Below are positions 52,298 to 63,792 of a DNA stretch of 64,000 nucleotides, piece by piece. Under the pieces are notes generated by a model. That model searched no databases and was not told where the DNA came from. It saw only the letters and a program-made list of their open reading frames with translations. The DNA lies in the NCBI GenBank assembly GCA_963708295.1, contig CAVPSJ010000017.1, forward strand, positions 532,879 to 596,878, in the 5' to 3' direction. This stretch comes from an uncultured delta proteobacterium (lineage in GTDB: Bacteria; Desulfobacterota; BSN033; UBA1163). Made by a program: the position numbers and the translations under genes. Position 1 is the stretch's first letter, and every line of letters starts with the position of its first letter.

Positions 52298-55200
52298 ATG
52301 GCTGAAGCTTTTTACAGGGCCAATGTTCTCGTATGTGGCGGGACAGGGTGTACGTCATCAGAGTCCTTGGAGGTCATTGAGCGCAATGACCAAGGAGATC
52401 TCCCGCCGAGGATTGGAAAACGAGGTCCGTGTCGTACAAACAGGGTGCCGGGGCTTCTGTGCCATGGGACCTGTCATGATCATCTATCCCGAAGGGATCT
52501 TCTACTGCCAGGTGCAACCCAGGGATGTCCAGACGATCGTTGAAGAAACGCTCGTCAAGGGACGGGTCATCGGACGGCTCACCTACAAGATGCCGGATTC
52601 CCACAAAGAGCTGCCCCGTTACCAGGAAATCCCCTTCTACAGCAAGCAGGTCCGCATCACCCTCCGGAATTGCGGAATCATCGATCCGGAGAAGATCGAT
52701 GAGTACATTGCCCGGGGTGGATATGAGGGACTTTCCCATGCCTTGTTCGATATGACCCGCGAAGAGGTCATCGAAGAGGTGAAGCTTTCCGGCTTGCGAG
52801 GCCGTGGCGGAGCGGGATTCTCGACGGGAACCAAATGGGAATTCACGGCAAAGGCTCCGGGAGACGTCAAGTATGCGGTCTGCAATGCGGACGAAGGCGA
52901 CCCGGGAGCCTTTATGGATCGCTCGATCCTGGAGGGAGACCCCCACAGCCTCATCGAAGGGATGACCATCTGCGGATATGCCGTCGGAGCCAGGGAAGGC
53001 TACATCTATTGTCGCGCGGAATACCCCCTGGCCATCAAGCGATTGAGAAACGCCATTGCCCAGGCAGAAGAGTATGGCTTGCTGGGGGATAACATTCTGG
53101 GCACGGACTTCAGCTTCCACCTCCACATCAAAGAGGGGGCAGGCGCCTTTGTCTGCGGCGAGGAAACGGCCCTTCTGGCGTCGATCGAAGGCCGTCGCGG
53201 CGAACCCCGGCCCCGCCCTCCCTTCCCGGCCGTCTCGGGTCTCTGGGGAAAACCGACCAACCTGAACAACGTAAAAAGTTATGCGAATATCCCCCAGATC
53301 ATCGTGAAAGGGGCAAAATGGTTTAGCACCATCGGCACGAAGCGGAGTCCCGGCACGGCCATCTTCGCCCTGACCGGCAAAGTGAATAACACGGGTCTTG
53401 TGGAAGTCCCCATGGGAATCACCCTGGGCGAGATCATCTTTGATATCGGCGGCGGCATCCCCAAGGGAAAGAAATTCAAGGCCGTCCAGACCGGAGGCCC
53501 TCTGGGCGGCTGTATCCCGGCCCAGCATCTCAACGTTCAGGTCGACTTCGATTCTCTCCAGGAAGTGGGCGCGGTCATGGGCTCCGGAGGCATGATCGTC
53601 GTGGACGAGGACACCTGCATGGTCGAATTCTCGAAGTTCTTCCTCAACTTTGCCCAGGCGGAATCGTGCGGGAAATGCGTCCCCTGCCGCGTGGGAGGAA
53701 GACGCATGCTGGAGATCCTCACCCGGATCACCGAAGGGAAACGGAAAGATGGAGGATCTCGACACCATCCGGGAGATCGCCAAAGGAATGCAGACCGGGT
53801 CTCTCTGCGCCCTGGGACAATTGACGCCCGGGCCCCGTGATGGCGGCCCTGCAATACTTCGAACCGGAATTCAGGGCCCATATCCTGGACAAGGAGTGTC
53901 CTGCCGGAACCTGCAAAGACCTGGTCCGTGCCCGCTGCATCAATGCCTGCCCGGCAGAGATCGACATCCCTTCTTATCTCTCCTTGATCGCCCAGGGGAA
54001 ATACGCCGAGGCGCTGGAAATCCATCGCGAAAAGAACCCCTTTGCCCTGACCTGCGGCCGGGTCTGCCCTGCCTTCTGCGAAGACAAATGCAGGCGGGGC
54101 GACATTGATGAGCCGATCGCCATCCGCGTGGCAAAACGATTCATGGCCGATCATGAGCTGGAAAAACCCTGGACGCCCAAGAAGCTGGAAGGACCGAAAG
54201 AGAAGAAGGTGGCCGTCATCGGCGCCGGTCCGGCCGGATTGACCGCCGCCTTGCGGCTGGCCCAGCGGGGTTATCCCGTGACCGTCTTCGAAAAGCTGCC
54301 CATGGCCGGCGGGATGATGGTCGTCGGAATTCCGGAATATCGCCTGCCCCGAAATATCCTGAACAAAGAGATTGAGAACATCAAGAGGGCAGGGGTTGAA
54401 ATCAAATTCAATCAGGAGTTGGGAAAGGATTTCACCGTGGACGGACTGCTCGACAAGGGCGGCTTCAGCGCCGTGGTCCTGGCCATCGGAGCCCACAAGA
54501 GCCGCCGGCTGGGAATCCCGGGCGAAGATCTGCCGGGGGTTTATCACGGCACCCAATTTCTGAAAGACGTGGCCATGGGCAAGGTGCCCGATATGAAGGG
54601 AAAGCGCGTGGCCGTGGTCGGCGGCGGCGCGGTGGCCATCGATGCGGCACGGACGGCCTTGCGCCTGGGAGCCAAAAAGGTTCATATCATCTACCGCCGG
54701 ACCCGGGAAGAGATGCCTGCATGGAAGGGCGAGATCCATGCGGCCTTCCAGGAAGGGATTCAGTTCCATTTTCTCACCGACCCGGTGGGCGTCCTCGGTC
54801 CGGAACATGTCACCGGAGTGGAATGCCATCTGCAGAAGCTGGGTGAGTTTGATGCGAGCGGCCGGCGCCGCCCCATTCCCATCGAAGAGACGGAATTTGA
54901 AGGAGCGGAATTCGTCCTCGATGCCGACATCTTCATCCCCGCCATCGGCCAGACGCCCGGAGGCCGAATGCCTCGCGCAACGGAAGCAAGGCGATCGGCT
55001 CTCAACAAGGATGGCACCGTCACCGTGGGCCCCAACCTGGCAACGAGCCGGGAGGGAGTCTTTGCGGCAGGCGACCTGGCCTTAGGTCCTGCCACCGTCA
55101 TCGAGGCCGTGGCTCAGGGAAACAAGGTCGCCGTGGCCGTGGATGCCTATCTCAAGGGCCAGCCCGTGGAGAGACCCAAGTTCATCACGGAATTCAGAGA

Positions 55201-55414
55201 AATTCCCCAACTCTACAACATCGAGGACTATGCCGAGGCCAAACGGCCCGTGATGCGAGAGTTGCCCGTGGAGGAACGCATTCGCAACTTTGAAGAGGTG
55301 GAAGCGGGCTTCGACGAACAGAAGGCCCGTGAGGAGTGCAAACGGTGCCTGCGATGCGACCTGGAGTGGCTGGAGTCGATGGGACTCCAGCAGTCGAGGC
55401 CAAGAAGGTGCTAG
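52298..55414 (+). CDS. NuoF/HydB diaphorase subunit fused to a GltD/NfnB-like FAD-NAD(P)H module (frameshifted)
   Basis: CGGTGC, GCRGFC, GLRGRGGAGF, CNADEGDPGAFMDR, FVCGEET, ESCGKCVPCR, CINACP, CGRVC..FCE..C, GAGPAG, GGG.VAIDAAR, YRR, CLRC. Confidence 0.9.
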
Positions 55415-55525
55415 AAATTCATCCGATCCCGTAGTCTCATCGTCATGAGATGAACGTGTCGAGAATTGATTTCGGATTTCGAAATTCGAGCTTCGAATTT
55501 CAGAGATAAGGAGGTCACTTGCCCG

Positions 55526-57265
55526 ATGGATAAAATGGTGAATTTGAGGATCAATGGACGTCAAATTCGGGCGCGTTCCGGGCAGACCGTTTTGGAGGCG
55601 GCCAAAGGCGGCAGGAATCGACATTCCGAGCCTCTGTCACCATCCTGCCATCACGCCCCACGGGGCCTGTCGCATCTGCCTGGTCGAGATTGAGAGGCAG
55701 CGCACGCTTCAACCCGCCTGCACCTTTCCGGTGGCCGAAGGAATGAAGGTGGAGACGGAATCGCCCAAGGTCGTGGAGGAACGAAAATTCGTGCTCCAGA
55801 TGCTCTTCTCGGAGCGAAACCATTACTGCATGTTCTGCGAGATGAGCGGTGACTGTGAATTGCAGGCCCTGGCCTACCGCTACGGGATGGACCACTGGAC
55901 CTATCAGAATCCTTACCCGAAGATCCCCGTGGACGGGACAAGAAAATATTTCATCATGGACCACAACCGCTGCATTTTGTGCCGTCGTTGCATCCGGGCG
56001 TGCAGCGAGCTGGCGGCCAACAATACCCTGGGGGTGAAGTTCCGCGGGGCCAAGACGATGATCTCCGCGGACATGGATTCTCCGTTCGGCGAATCGACCT
56101 GCGTCGCCTGCGGAACCTGCCTTCAGGTCTGCCCCACCGGCGCCCTGGTCGATCGAAAGAGCGCCTATACGGGTCGCGAAACCCAGGTGGAAAGAACGAA
56201 GAGCGTCTGTATGTTCTGCAGCGTGGGCTGCGGCACCGAGATCATCACCCGTTCAGGCCGGGTCCTTCGCGTCGAGGGAGAATGGGAAGAACATAACAAG
56301 GGGGTCCTCTGTGTCGCAGGCCGATTTGAGCCGGTCTACGACAACCGGGAGCGGATCAAGACCCCGCTGCTTCGAAAGAACGGCGAACTGGTCTCCGTCA
56401 CGTGGGACGAAGCCCTGGACACCGATTGCTGAGAAAGCTCAAAACGCACCAAAGCGAACAAGATCGGGGCCTGGACGACCAGCAAGACCCTCAACCTGAC
56501 GATGAGCGAATTCGTGGCCGTCTTCCAGGGAAAGATCGGGCGCCCATGTGGGCGTCCTCGAACCGACCCTGAGCGAACTCGAACTGCCCGTGGGCGGCTC
56601 TCTGAGCGAACTGGTCTCCTCGGACTGCATCCTGGTCATCGGCGCGGATCCCCTCTCCGACCATCGCGTGCTCGGCTATCATATCAAGCGGGCCCGGATG
56701 AAAGGGGCCCAGGTCATCCTTGTATCCGAAAACAAGCAACGAGATGAGCCGATTTGCCGACAAGACAATTCGCCCCGGAGGAATTGGCCAAGGCGATCAG
56801 AATGATGTCAGGGCTGTGCCTCTCCTTCTGTGGTCTACGGCGTGGGAACCGACCCAGAAAGAAGCGGAGAAACTCGCGGTCCTGAAGAGGAAGGCCCACT
56901 TCATCCCCGTCTTTCCGGCCACCAATGGTTATCATGCAAAGGTGTTGGGTCTCCAATCCGGCCTGAACGCCGATCCAGATCGAAATGGCTCTATCTTCTC
57001 CTGGAGGATATCGCTCCCAAGGAGGAATGGATCAAGCGGGCCAAGAAGGCAAAGTTTCTGGTGGTCCATACGAGTTACCACGGGCCCGATCACGGAAACG
57101 GCCGATGTGGTCCTGCCGTCGCTGCTGTGGTACGAGCAGGAAGGCTCGCTCTACAATCTCGAGGGGAAGAAGGTTGCCGTCAGAAAGGCGGTGCCTCTGC
57201 CGGAGGGGTTGATCCCGGAAAATGAGGTGTTGACCCAATTGGCCGCCCGTTTAGTAGGAGGATGA
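55526..57265 (+). CDS. NuoG/HydA/HoxU-like FeS subunit with truncated molybdopterin-oxidoreductase fold (frameshifted)
   Basis: IPSLC..GACRIC..C, H.C..C...C, CILCRRC..C, CVACGTC..CP, CMFCSVGC...LC..GRF, ADVVLP...E.EG; no H-cluster motifs seen. Confidence 0.85.
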
Positions 57266-57308
57266 GCGATACGGTTCAAAACCGTGTTCACGCTTAGGAG
57301 GAAAACCC

Positions 57309-57851
57309 ATGACAAAAGTGAAGGTTGCAATGGATTGGCTGGCCGCATGCGCCGGATGTGAGATGTCCGTATTGGACATGGACGAGAGGCTTGTCCAGCT
57401 CTTGGAAAAAATAGAACTCACCTCCACTCCCATCACCGATTTGAAACATCCTCCCGAAAGAGGGGGTCACGGTCGGGATTCTCTCGGGGACGGTCAACAA
57501 TACGACCAACCTGGAAGTGGTCAAGGAGATGAGGGAGCGGTGCAAGATCCTGATCGCCATGGGAGACTGCGCCGTCTTCGGAGGCATCATGACCATGCGG
57601 AATTTCTTCGATATGGAAGAGGCCCTGAAGAGGGCTTACATTGAAACGGAGAGCACGGTGGATGGGATCATTCCCAGTTCCGAGGAACTGTCGCAAACCG
57701 ATCAAGGCCCGTCCGGTGAATCAGGTCGTCAAGGTCGATGTCCATCTTCCCGGCTGTCCTCCTTCGGCCGATGCCATCTATTACGTTCTCAGCGGAGTTG
57801 CTGGAAGGCCGCATTCCCGTCCTGTCGGGCGACAACCTGAAGTATGATTGA
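57309..57851 (+). CDS. hoxY: [NiFe]-hydrogenase small subunit (HoxY/HydS-like, frameshifted)
   Basis: WLAACAGCEMS, GDCAVFGG, VDVHLPGCPP. Confidence 0.88.
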
Positions 57852-57919
57852 TCGGCATGAAGCGGTCCGAGCTGACCTAGACTCACGGACGCAACGTTAG
57901 TCCGGAGGAGGAAAGCAAC

Positions 57920-59341
57920 ATGCAGAAGATCACGATTGAGCCTGTAACACGAATCGAAGGTCACGCCAAAGTCACCATTCACCTGAACGGCAAGGGAAAG
58001 GTGGAAAAGGCCTTCTTCCATGTGAATGAATGGCGGGGCTTCGAAAAATTTACGGAAGGCCGTCCTTTTTTCGAGATGCCGCAGATCACCCCGCGGATCT
58101 GCGGGATCTGTCCGGTCAGCCATCACCTCAGCTCGGCCAAGGCCTGCGACCGCGTGGTCGGCGTCACCCCTCCCCGGCCGGCCCAGCTCCTTCGGGAACT
58201 GATGCACATGGGCCAGTTCATCCAGTCCCACTCCATGCATTTCTTCGAACTGGCAGGCCCGGACCTTCTCCTCGGGTTTGATGCCGATCCGGCGATTCGC
58301 AATGTGGTGGGAGTCATTCAGGCGAATCCGGACCTCGCCCTGAAAGCGGTCCGCCTGCGCGCCTTCGGCCAGGAGATCATCCGAAAGCTGGGAGGCAAGC
58401 GAATCCATCCCAATCACTCCATCCCCGGAGGGGTCAACGCCCCTCTCTCCGTGAAGGACCGCGACGAGATCCTCAGCCAGATCGACGACATGACCGACGT
58501 GGTCAAGACGGCCATCACCGTGGCCAAGGGATGGTATGAAGGGAACATGGAGGTGGTCAACAACTTTGCCGTCTTCCCATCAGGATACATGGGCCTGGTC
58601 GATGAGCAAGGCGGGCTTCAGCTCTATGACGGCATGCTTCGCCTGGTGGACAGCAGCGGAAAGAAGCTGGAGGAATTTGATCCCGAGAACTATCTGGACT
58701 ATATCGGAGAGCATGTCGAAGACTGGTCCTACCTGAAATTCCCCTTCTATCTCAAGATGGGATGGCCGAAAGGAACCTACCGGGTCGGACCTCTGGGACG
58801 GCTCAATGTGGCGGACAAGATCAACACCCCTCTGGCCAATGAAGAATTCAAGAACTTCAAATCCCTCGGCGGCGGCAAGCCGGTGGAGGGGACGCTGTGG
58901 TACCATTATGCCCGCCTGATCGAAGATCTCTATGCCATTGAACGCGCCAAGGAGATTCTGCTCGATCCGGATGTCCTCTCCACGGATCTGGCCACAGACT
59001 ATGCGGCGCTGACAGGCGAGGGAGTCGGATGCCTGGAGGCGCCCCGGGGAACGCTCTTTCATCATTACAAGACCGACCCGAACGGCATGCTGACCAAGGT
59101 CAACCTGATCGTCGCAACGGGACACAACAATTGGGCCATGAGCAACTCCGTCGAGATGGTGGCCAAAGCCTATGTGGACGGCAAGAAGTTGACGGAGGGG
59201 ATGCTGAACCGGGTCGAAGCCGCCATCCGGGCCTATGATCCCTGCCTCTCCTGCTCGACCCATGCCATCGGAGCCATGCCCATGGTGATTGAGATGATGG
59301 AGCCGGATGGAACGGTGGTGGACCGGATCTCCCGCGGATAG
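57920..59341 (+). CDS. hoxH: Group 3 (3d-like) [NiFe]-hydrogenase large subunit
   Basis: PVTRIEGH, L1 [21 protein letters not shown]2 DPCLSCSTH plus a cleavable C-terminal tail. Confidence 0.95.
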   Translation: MQKITIEPVTRIEGHAKVTIHLNGKGKVEKAFFHVNEWRGFEKFTEGRPFFEMPQITPRICGICPVSHHLSSAKACDRVVGVTPPRPAQLLRELMHMGQFIQSHSMHFFELAGPDLLLGFDADPAIRNVVGVIQANPDLALKAVRLRAFGQEIIRKLGGKRIHPNHSIPGGVNAPLSVKDRDEILSQIDDMTDVVKTAITVAKGWYEGNMEVVNNFAVFPSGYMGLVDEQGGLQLYDGMLRLVDSSGKKLEEFDPENYLDYIGEHVEDWSYLKFPFYLKMGWPKGTYRVGPLGRLNVADKINTPLANEEFKNFKSLGGGKPVEGTLWYHYARLIEDLYAIERAKEILLDPDVLSTDLATDYAALTGEGVGCLEAPRGTLFHHYKTDPNGMLTKVNLIVATGHNNWAMSNSVEMVAKAYVDGKKLTEGMLNRVEAAIRAYDPCLSCSTHAIGAMPMVIEMMEPDGTVVDRISRG

Positions 59342-59613
59342 ATCTACTCTTCCTCGTTGATACACATGCTGCTAAACTAACCCTCCTCGATTCCCCCCTT
59401 AATTTAAGGGGGGAGGAAGGGGGGTTAGGACTTTCCTCTTGATCAAGGCATCGACAACCGTTCTGTGTATACGGGAAGAAAAACTGGAAAACTCTGGTCT
59501 TGCTGCCAAACATCACTGCCGAGTGTCATAATGCATTTGAACCTGGCCTCATTAAGAACACGTTTTCTTGAAAAAGAGAAACGGTGGGGCCAAAAGATGT
59601 CGGAAGAACTGCC

Positions 59614-60120
59614 ATGGAAGACAGAGTTCTGGTCATTGGATACGGAAATGCGTACTGTCACGACGACGGCGTGGCCTTACATATCATCAACGAGTTACGG
59701 CGTTTTCGGGACATACGCGAACTTCAACCTGACGAGGACGGGTTAGACGAATTAGGTCACAACCTCGATTCCGTCATGCTCCACCAACTGGTCCCGGAGA
59801 TCATTCCTGTCGTCGCCAACTATCGACTGGTGATTTTTGTCGATGCTCATGTGGGTACGATTCCGGACGAGGTCAGAGTAGTCCGGGTCGAAGAGGAGCG
59901 CGGTTTTCACGCGGTCAGTCACCATATGAGCCCGGGGATGGTCTTAAGGATGGTCCGGGAAGCGAACGGTGTCGCTCCTGTGAGCTATCTTGTCTCCGTG
60001 AGGGGCGAAAATTTTGATTTCGGATTCGGAATCTCTGACACGTGCAAGCTCTCCGCAGATATCGCGATCAAGAAGATTCTCGACCTCGCAGATACGTTCT
60101 CCCGGACGGAGATCGTCTGA
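59614..60120 (+). CDS. Hydrogenase maturation protease (HoxW-like)
   Basis: LVIGYGN...DDGV, HQLVPE, VIFVDAH, SHHMSP. Confidence 0.88.
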   Translation: MEDRVLVIGYGNAYCHDDGVALHIINELRRFRDIRELQPDEDGLDELGHNLDSVMLHQLVPEIIPVVANYRLVIFVDAHVGTIPDEVRVVRVEEERGFHAVSHHMSPGMVLRMVREANGVAPVSYLVSVRGENFDFGFGISDTCKLSADIAIKKILDLADTFSRTEIV

Positions 60121-60223
60121 TGCCCCGCCAGCGTGAAAATAAAAGTGTCAGTGTCAGTGTGAGTGTAGGTAACTGATTGACTGAAAACAATGCACCCGTG
60201 ACAGATACTAATTTCTGAAAAGA

Positions 60224-60273
60224 CTGGATTCCTGCTGGAGTCTATCCCGATGGAAATCGGGGTAGGAATGACA
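60224..60273. repeat. ctggattcc...ggaatgac palindromic repeat
   Basis: ctggattcctgc...gtaggaatgac hairpin, followed by a REP-like cluster to ~60440. Confidence 0.55.
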
Positions 60274-60463
60274 GCCGGTATCCAGACGGAATCCCCATCC
60301 CCCTCTCAGCCTCCCCCTTGAAGGGGGAGGAGAATAGCAGCTTTCCTCCATCGGGGGAGAACATAACGATCCCTCCTTCAGGAGAAAGGACACAACGATT
60401 CCCCTCCCCTTCAGGGGGAGGGCAGGGGTGGGGGTGGGGTTAATCAGATGTCTATTCAATTAA

Positions 60464-62104
60464 TTAGAAAATAGCAGGGGGCGAATTCGTTTGTGGTTCT
60501 AGTGTCTCCAAACCTCTGCCAGAGTGTACAGTGAGTACCCTTGGATCGAAGTAGTGTTCTATTACTTCCTTCGCATCAACGACCCTGTCTTCCGGAACGA
60601 GAACGGAGATCTCGATATAAGGACCGAAAAAATAGAGCAAGGCCCGGTGATAATAGCCTCTCAAGTGGCAAGGAACTCCTTTTTGTTCAAGGAGGCTTTT
60701 GAGAAGTCCCGCCATTGGAACATCATGCAGCTCCGCTACTTTTATGAGCTGGCTTCCCCTGCTTAGCCGTATTGCCTCTATAAGATCAAAGAGGATGGCC
60801 ACAGCCACAATCAAGCCGATACTATCCAAATGAAAGTTGATGAAAAGATCAAAAAGGGCGTTCGGAACAAAGAGGACGACGCATAAATATAGAGCTGCAA
60901 TGGGAACCATGAACTCAAGACTTCTATCGATATAGCTTTCTTTATCTTTTCCTTGAAGAGATAAAATTGAAGCGTTCCTGTCGTTTAAGAAAGAGACCAT
61001 ACCCTTGGGATTATGAAAGAATGAAGTAAAAAAGTAGTAGAGAAAAAAGAGAATAACGACATAAATGATGTAATACCAAATATGCCCGGGAAGAAGAGCA
61101 ACATATAATTTCTGGAGGGTCGAACGATTCATAAACTCAAAAACCGTTATGGGTAGTCCGATCAAAATTGATCCCCAGTATACCGGTGTTATTCCCGCGG
61201 ATGTGAATTTTAGCGGTATATAGGCTTCCGTGCCATCGTTAAATTTAACCGATATTCTTTTAAATCCCCTTTCCATCAGTACAATAAGAGCTATTAATGA
61301 AATGACTATTATGGCAAATAATAGAAAATACGCTAAGGGACTAGGAGTGTTTTCACGAGGTACCAATTTTATTCGAGGGATGTTTGAAAAAATCCTTGGT
61401 CCATATCCGACGAACATCAAAATGCTTATGCCATGGCCCACCCCTTTTTTTGTAATGAGTTCTGTTATCCATATCGTCAGGAAAGTACCGGCTGTAAGGG
61501 TCAAAGCCGAGATCAGGCGGAAACCCAATCCGGGATTTAATACAACCCGTTCCCAGGAAGATCCAGGCATCGCCTCAAGCACTTGAGCCAATCCGTAGCC
61601 CTGTAAAAAAGCAAGCAGAAATGTCGCAAAGAAAGCTATCTCTTTTATTCTTTTCCTCCCTCGAACTCCCTTTTCTCTCCAAGATTTAAGAGGTTGAATA
61701 AACAACGATAGGATTTCAACTATCATGTATGCGCTTAAATAAGGCAGAATGCCAAGAGCAACAATAGAAAGCCTTTCAAGGGCTGGTCGATCGGCGAAGA
61801 ATCCTCGAAAAATCCCTTGATGGCCAAAAAGTTCTTCAAGAGCCTGAAAGTTGATTCCTGGAACGGGTATGAGTAACAAGACCCTCCATAGGAGAACAAA
61901 ACCAATGGTGTATAAAATTCTTTTGTAGAGATTAGCGGGAATAGGTCTGGAAGGAGTTTTCTGCGTATCTTCTTTTTCAATGACTTCTTCGGACAGCGGG
62001 CTTCCACAATCCGAGCAGTGCGTAAACCCTTCCCGAAATTCTGCAGGACGCCCGGTTTTCTTTTTGTGTGGGCAATCTGGATTCAAACAATAAGCCATCG
62101 TCAC
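60464..62104 (-). CDS. Divergent SecY paralogue with N-terminal Zn ribbon and C-terminal DUF2007-like domain
   Basis: RILYT...R....IPVPGIN, SIVALGILPYLSA, LTAGT....WI.E.IT.KGVGHGIS, YIPLK..SAG; N-terminal CLNPDC...CSDC; C-terminal AGLLKSLLEQKGVPC...ISVLVPED...AKEVI. Confidence 0.85.
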   Translation of the reverse strand: MTMAYCLNPDCPHKKKTGRPAEFREGFTHCSDCGSPLSEEVIEKEDTQKTPSRPIPANLYKRILYTIGFVLLWRVLLLIPVPGINFQALEELFGHQGIFRGFFADRPALERLSIVALGILPYLSAYMIVEILSLFIQPLKSWREKGVRGRKRIKEIAFFATFLLAFLQGYGLAQVLEAMPGSSWERVVLNPGLGFRLISALTLTAGTFLTIWITELITKKGVGHGISILMFVGYGPRIFSNIPRIKLVPRENTPSPLAYFLLFAIIVISLIALIVLMERGFKRISVKFNDGTEAYIPLKFTSAGITPVYWGSILIGLPITVFEFMNRSTLQKLYVALLPGHIWYYIIYVVILFFLYYFFTSFFHNPKGMVSFLNDRNASILSLQGKDKESYIDRSLEFMVPIAALYLCVVLFVPNALFDLFINFHLDSIGLIVAVAILFDLIEAIRLSRGSQLIKVAELHDVPMAGLLKSLLEQKGVPCHLRGYYHRALLYFFGPYIEISVLVPEDRVVDAKEVIEHYFDPRVLTVHSGRGLETLEPQTNSPPAIF

Positions 62105-62128
62105 CCTTCCATCAAACTCGTAGACTGT

Positions 62129-63524
62129 CTACTTGACTTTCGCTCTTTGGGGAAGCTTCGGTTCTATTTCTTTCAACAATTTCCGAGCCTCCTGATGATC
62201 GGGTTTAAGTTTTAAGGCCTGATTCAAGAGGTTTTTTACATGGTCGTAGTCTTTTGGCTCACTCAGAAGTAATGATTTTGCAAACATGAAAACATAGTCC
62301 GGATTTTCTGGAGAAAGCATATAGGCATGGGCAAACTCAACCTGAGTTTGCAGAACGTCCCGTTGGCTGTAGAACGTTAAGCCTTTTTTATAATGATTCT
62401 CGGATTGGGACGAATCTCCAGGATTAAGGAATTCTATCGATGAGAGGATCGCAAGGACATCATCCTCGCCGAGATACCCTTTTATAAACATAATCGTTCC
62501 GCCAATACCTTGAGCGTTCTCCTCATGATACATGGAAAACTCTCTAAAAAACGCGTCTCCTGTTTGCCATTCCTTCAAAAAGCCTCTGAGGTCATCCCTA
62601 TGGATTTCCTTCGTTTCAAATCGTGCCTCCTTTGGGCTGATCAGAGACCGTATGACAACGAGGCCAGGATTCCAATTGTTCGTTAATATATATTTCTCAA
62701 GATTGAATTTGGAATCTGGACCTTAGCATTTTTCCAAATGCTTCGTCCAGCAATTCGTCGTAGGGAAATTGATTTCTCAAGACAATGAATCCCTTTGTGT
62801 TCACTCCCTGGTTTTGTAAACTGACGGCCCATTTTTGATTTTTTCTTTCTGTCCTATTTAACCTTCCCACAGAAAATTCTTTTGGCACTAAAAGTGAGAC
62901 ATTGAGTAATTCAATCTTCCGATATTTTTCCAACACCTCAGGCCTTACCGTTTTCTCTAATATCATGACTTGAGGTCTATCTATAAAAAAAGGATATCCG
63001 AATTTCCATGCGGCATGCACTTTCCAATAGAAGGAAAAGATGATCCAGGAGAAGGAAATGAGTATGATGAATATGGCCAAGAGTCCATGCCAGCTGATGA
63101 ATCTAAATGTGCGCCTCTCATGAAAGAGCGCCTTGACGGGCCCTCTCGACAAGTAAAGCAGTGTGAGAAGAACAAACAAAAACTGAACGGCAAGCGTGAC
63201 ATCCTTTAAACTGTGAGCTCCCCACCATAGGAACTGAGTCAGAATATGGACGGGAAATGTCAGCATGACTGCAATCGCACCATATCTGGCCCAGAATCTT
63301 CTGCGCAGTAAACCGTATCCGACGATGATATTGATCGGAGTGGTATAAAGGGCAATCCCTGTAAAAGCAAAGAAATAATGGATGAGGTCGATATTCCATT
63401 TTATTGTAACAATTTGGAATTTGGGCAGGATGACAGTCCAGATCTCGAACACCGCATAAATGAGTATAAGGACGGAGTAAACCCATAACACAAAAATCGC
63501 CTTTTTGTTGCCTATGGTTTCCAT
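62129..63524 (-). CDS. Multi-TM membrane protein with C-terminal TPR (one frameshift at ~62722)
   Basis: Removing one A joins 63524-62723 to an open frame that runs into 62578-62129; about 5 TM; TPR-like HYKKG...AYMLSPEN...ALKLKPDH. Confidence 0.7.
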
Positions 63525-63649
63525 TTAGCTTTACTGTCGTTCAAAAATTTATCACGGATGTAGTGAAATATATCAGAATTGCGGCAGGCAAGCAATTCGA
63601 ATGCGTTTGCGAGAGAGAACACGAAACAGTTTGCTTCGAAAAGTCAAAG

Positions 63650-63727
63650 CTGGTCGTAGCGAGGAGTCCTACCTTGGTGGACGACGTGGCAATCTGATGG
63701 GATTGCTTCGCTCCACTCGCAATGACA
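63650..63727. repeat. gtcattgcgag...gaagcaatc palindromic repeat
   Basis: Minus strand gtcattgcgagtggagcgaagcaatc...gattgccacg...ctcgctacgac. Confidence 0.6.
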
Positions 63728-63792
63728 TTTGTGTCGCGATGCAAAGCATCATGCGCTCCGGGTAATAAATGAGGTGGGTTTTGTTATTTGTT

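Noticed and set aside
55526-57265. Formate dehydrogenase or [FeFe]-hydrogenase catalytic subunit
   Set aside because: Too short for FdhA, and no Mo/W-ligand region or H-cluster P1-P3 motifs are seen; it fits an FeS relay subunit.
41594-57851. Selenocysteine readthrough or programmed frameshifting to explain the broken ORFs
   Set aside because: Breaks are frame changes at scattered sites rather than in-frame TGA at Cys positions; the hydrogenase L1/L2 motifs use ordinary Cys.
52374-58417. Long antisense ORFs (52374-53783, 53537-54829, 57668-58417; also 3957-5114)
   Set aside because: They are shadows of GC-rich, strongly motif-bearing genes on the opposite strand and have no recognisable domains.
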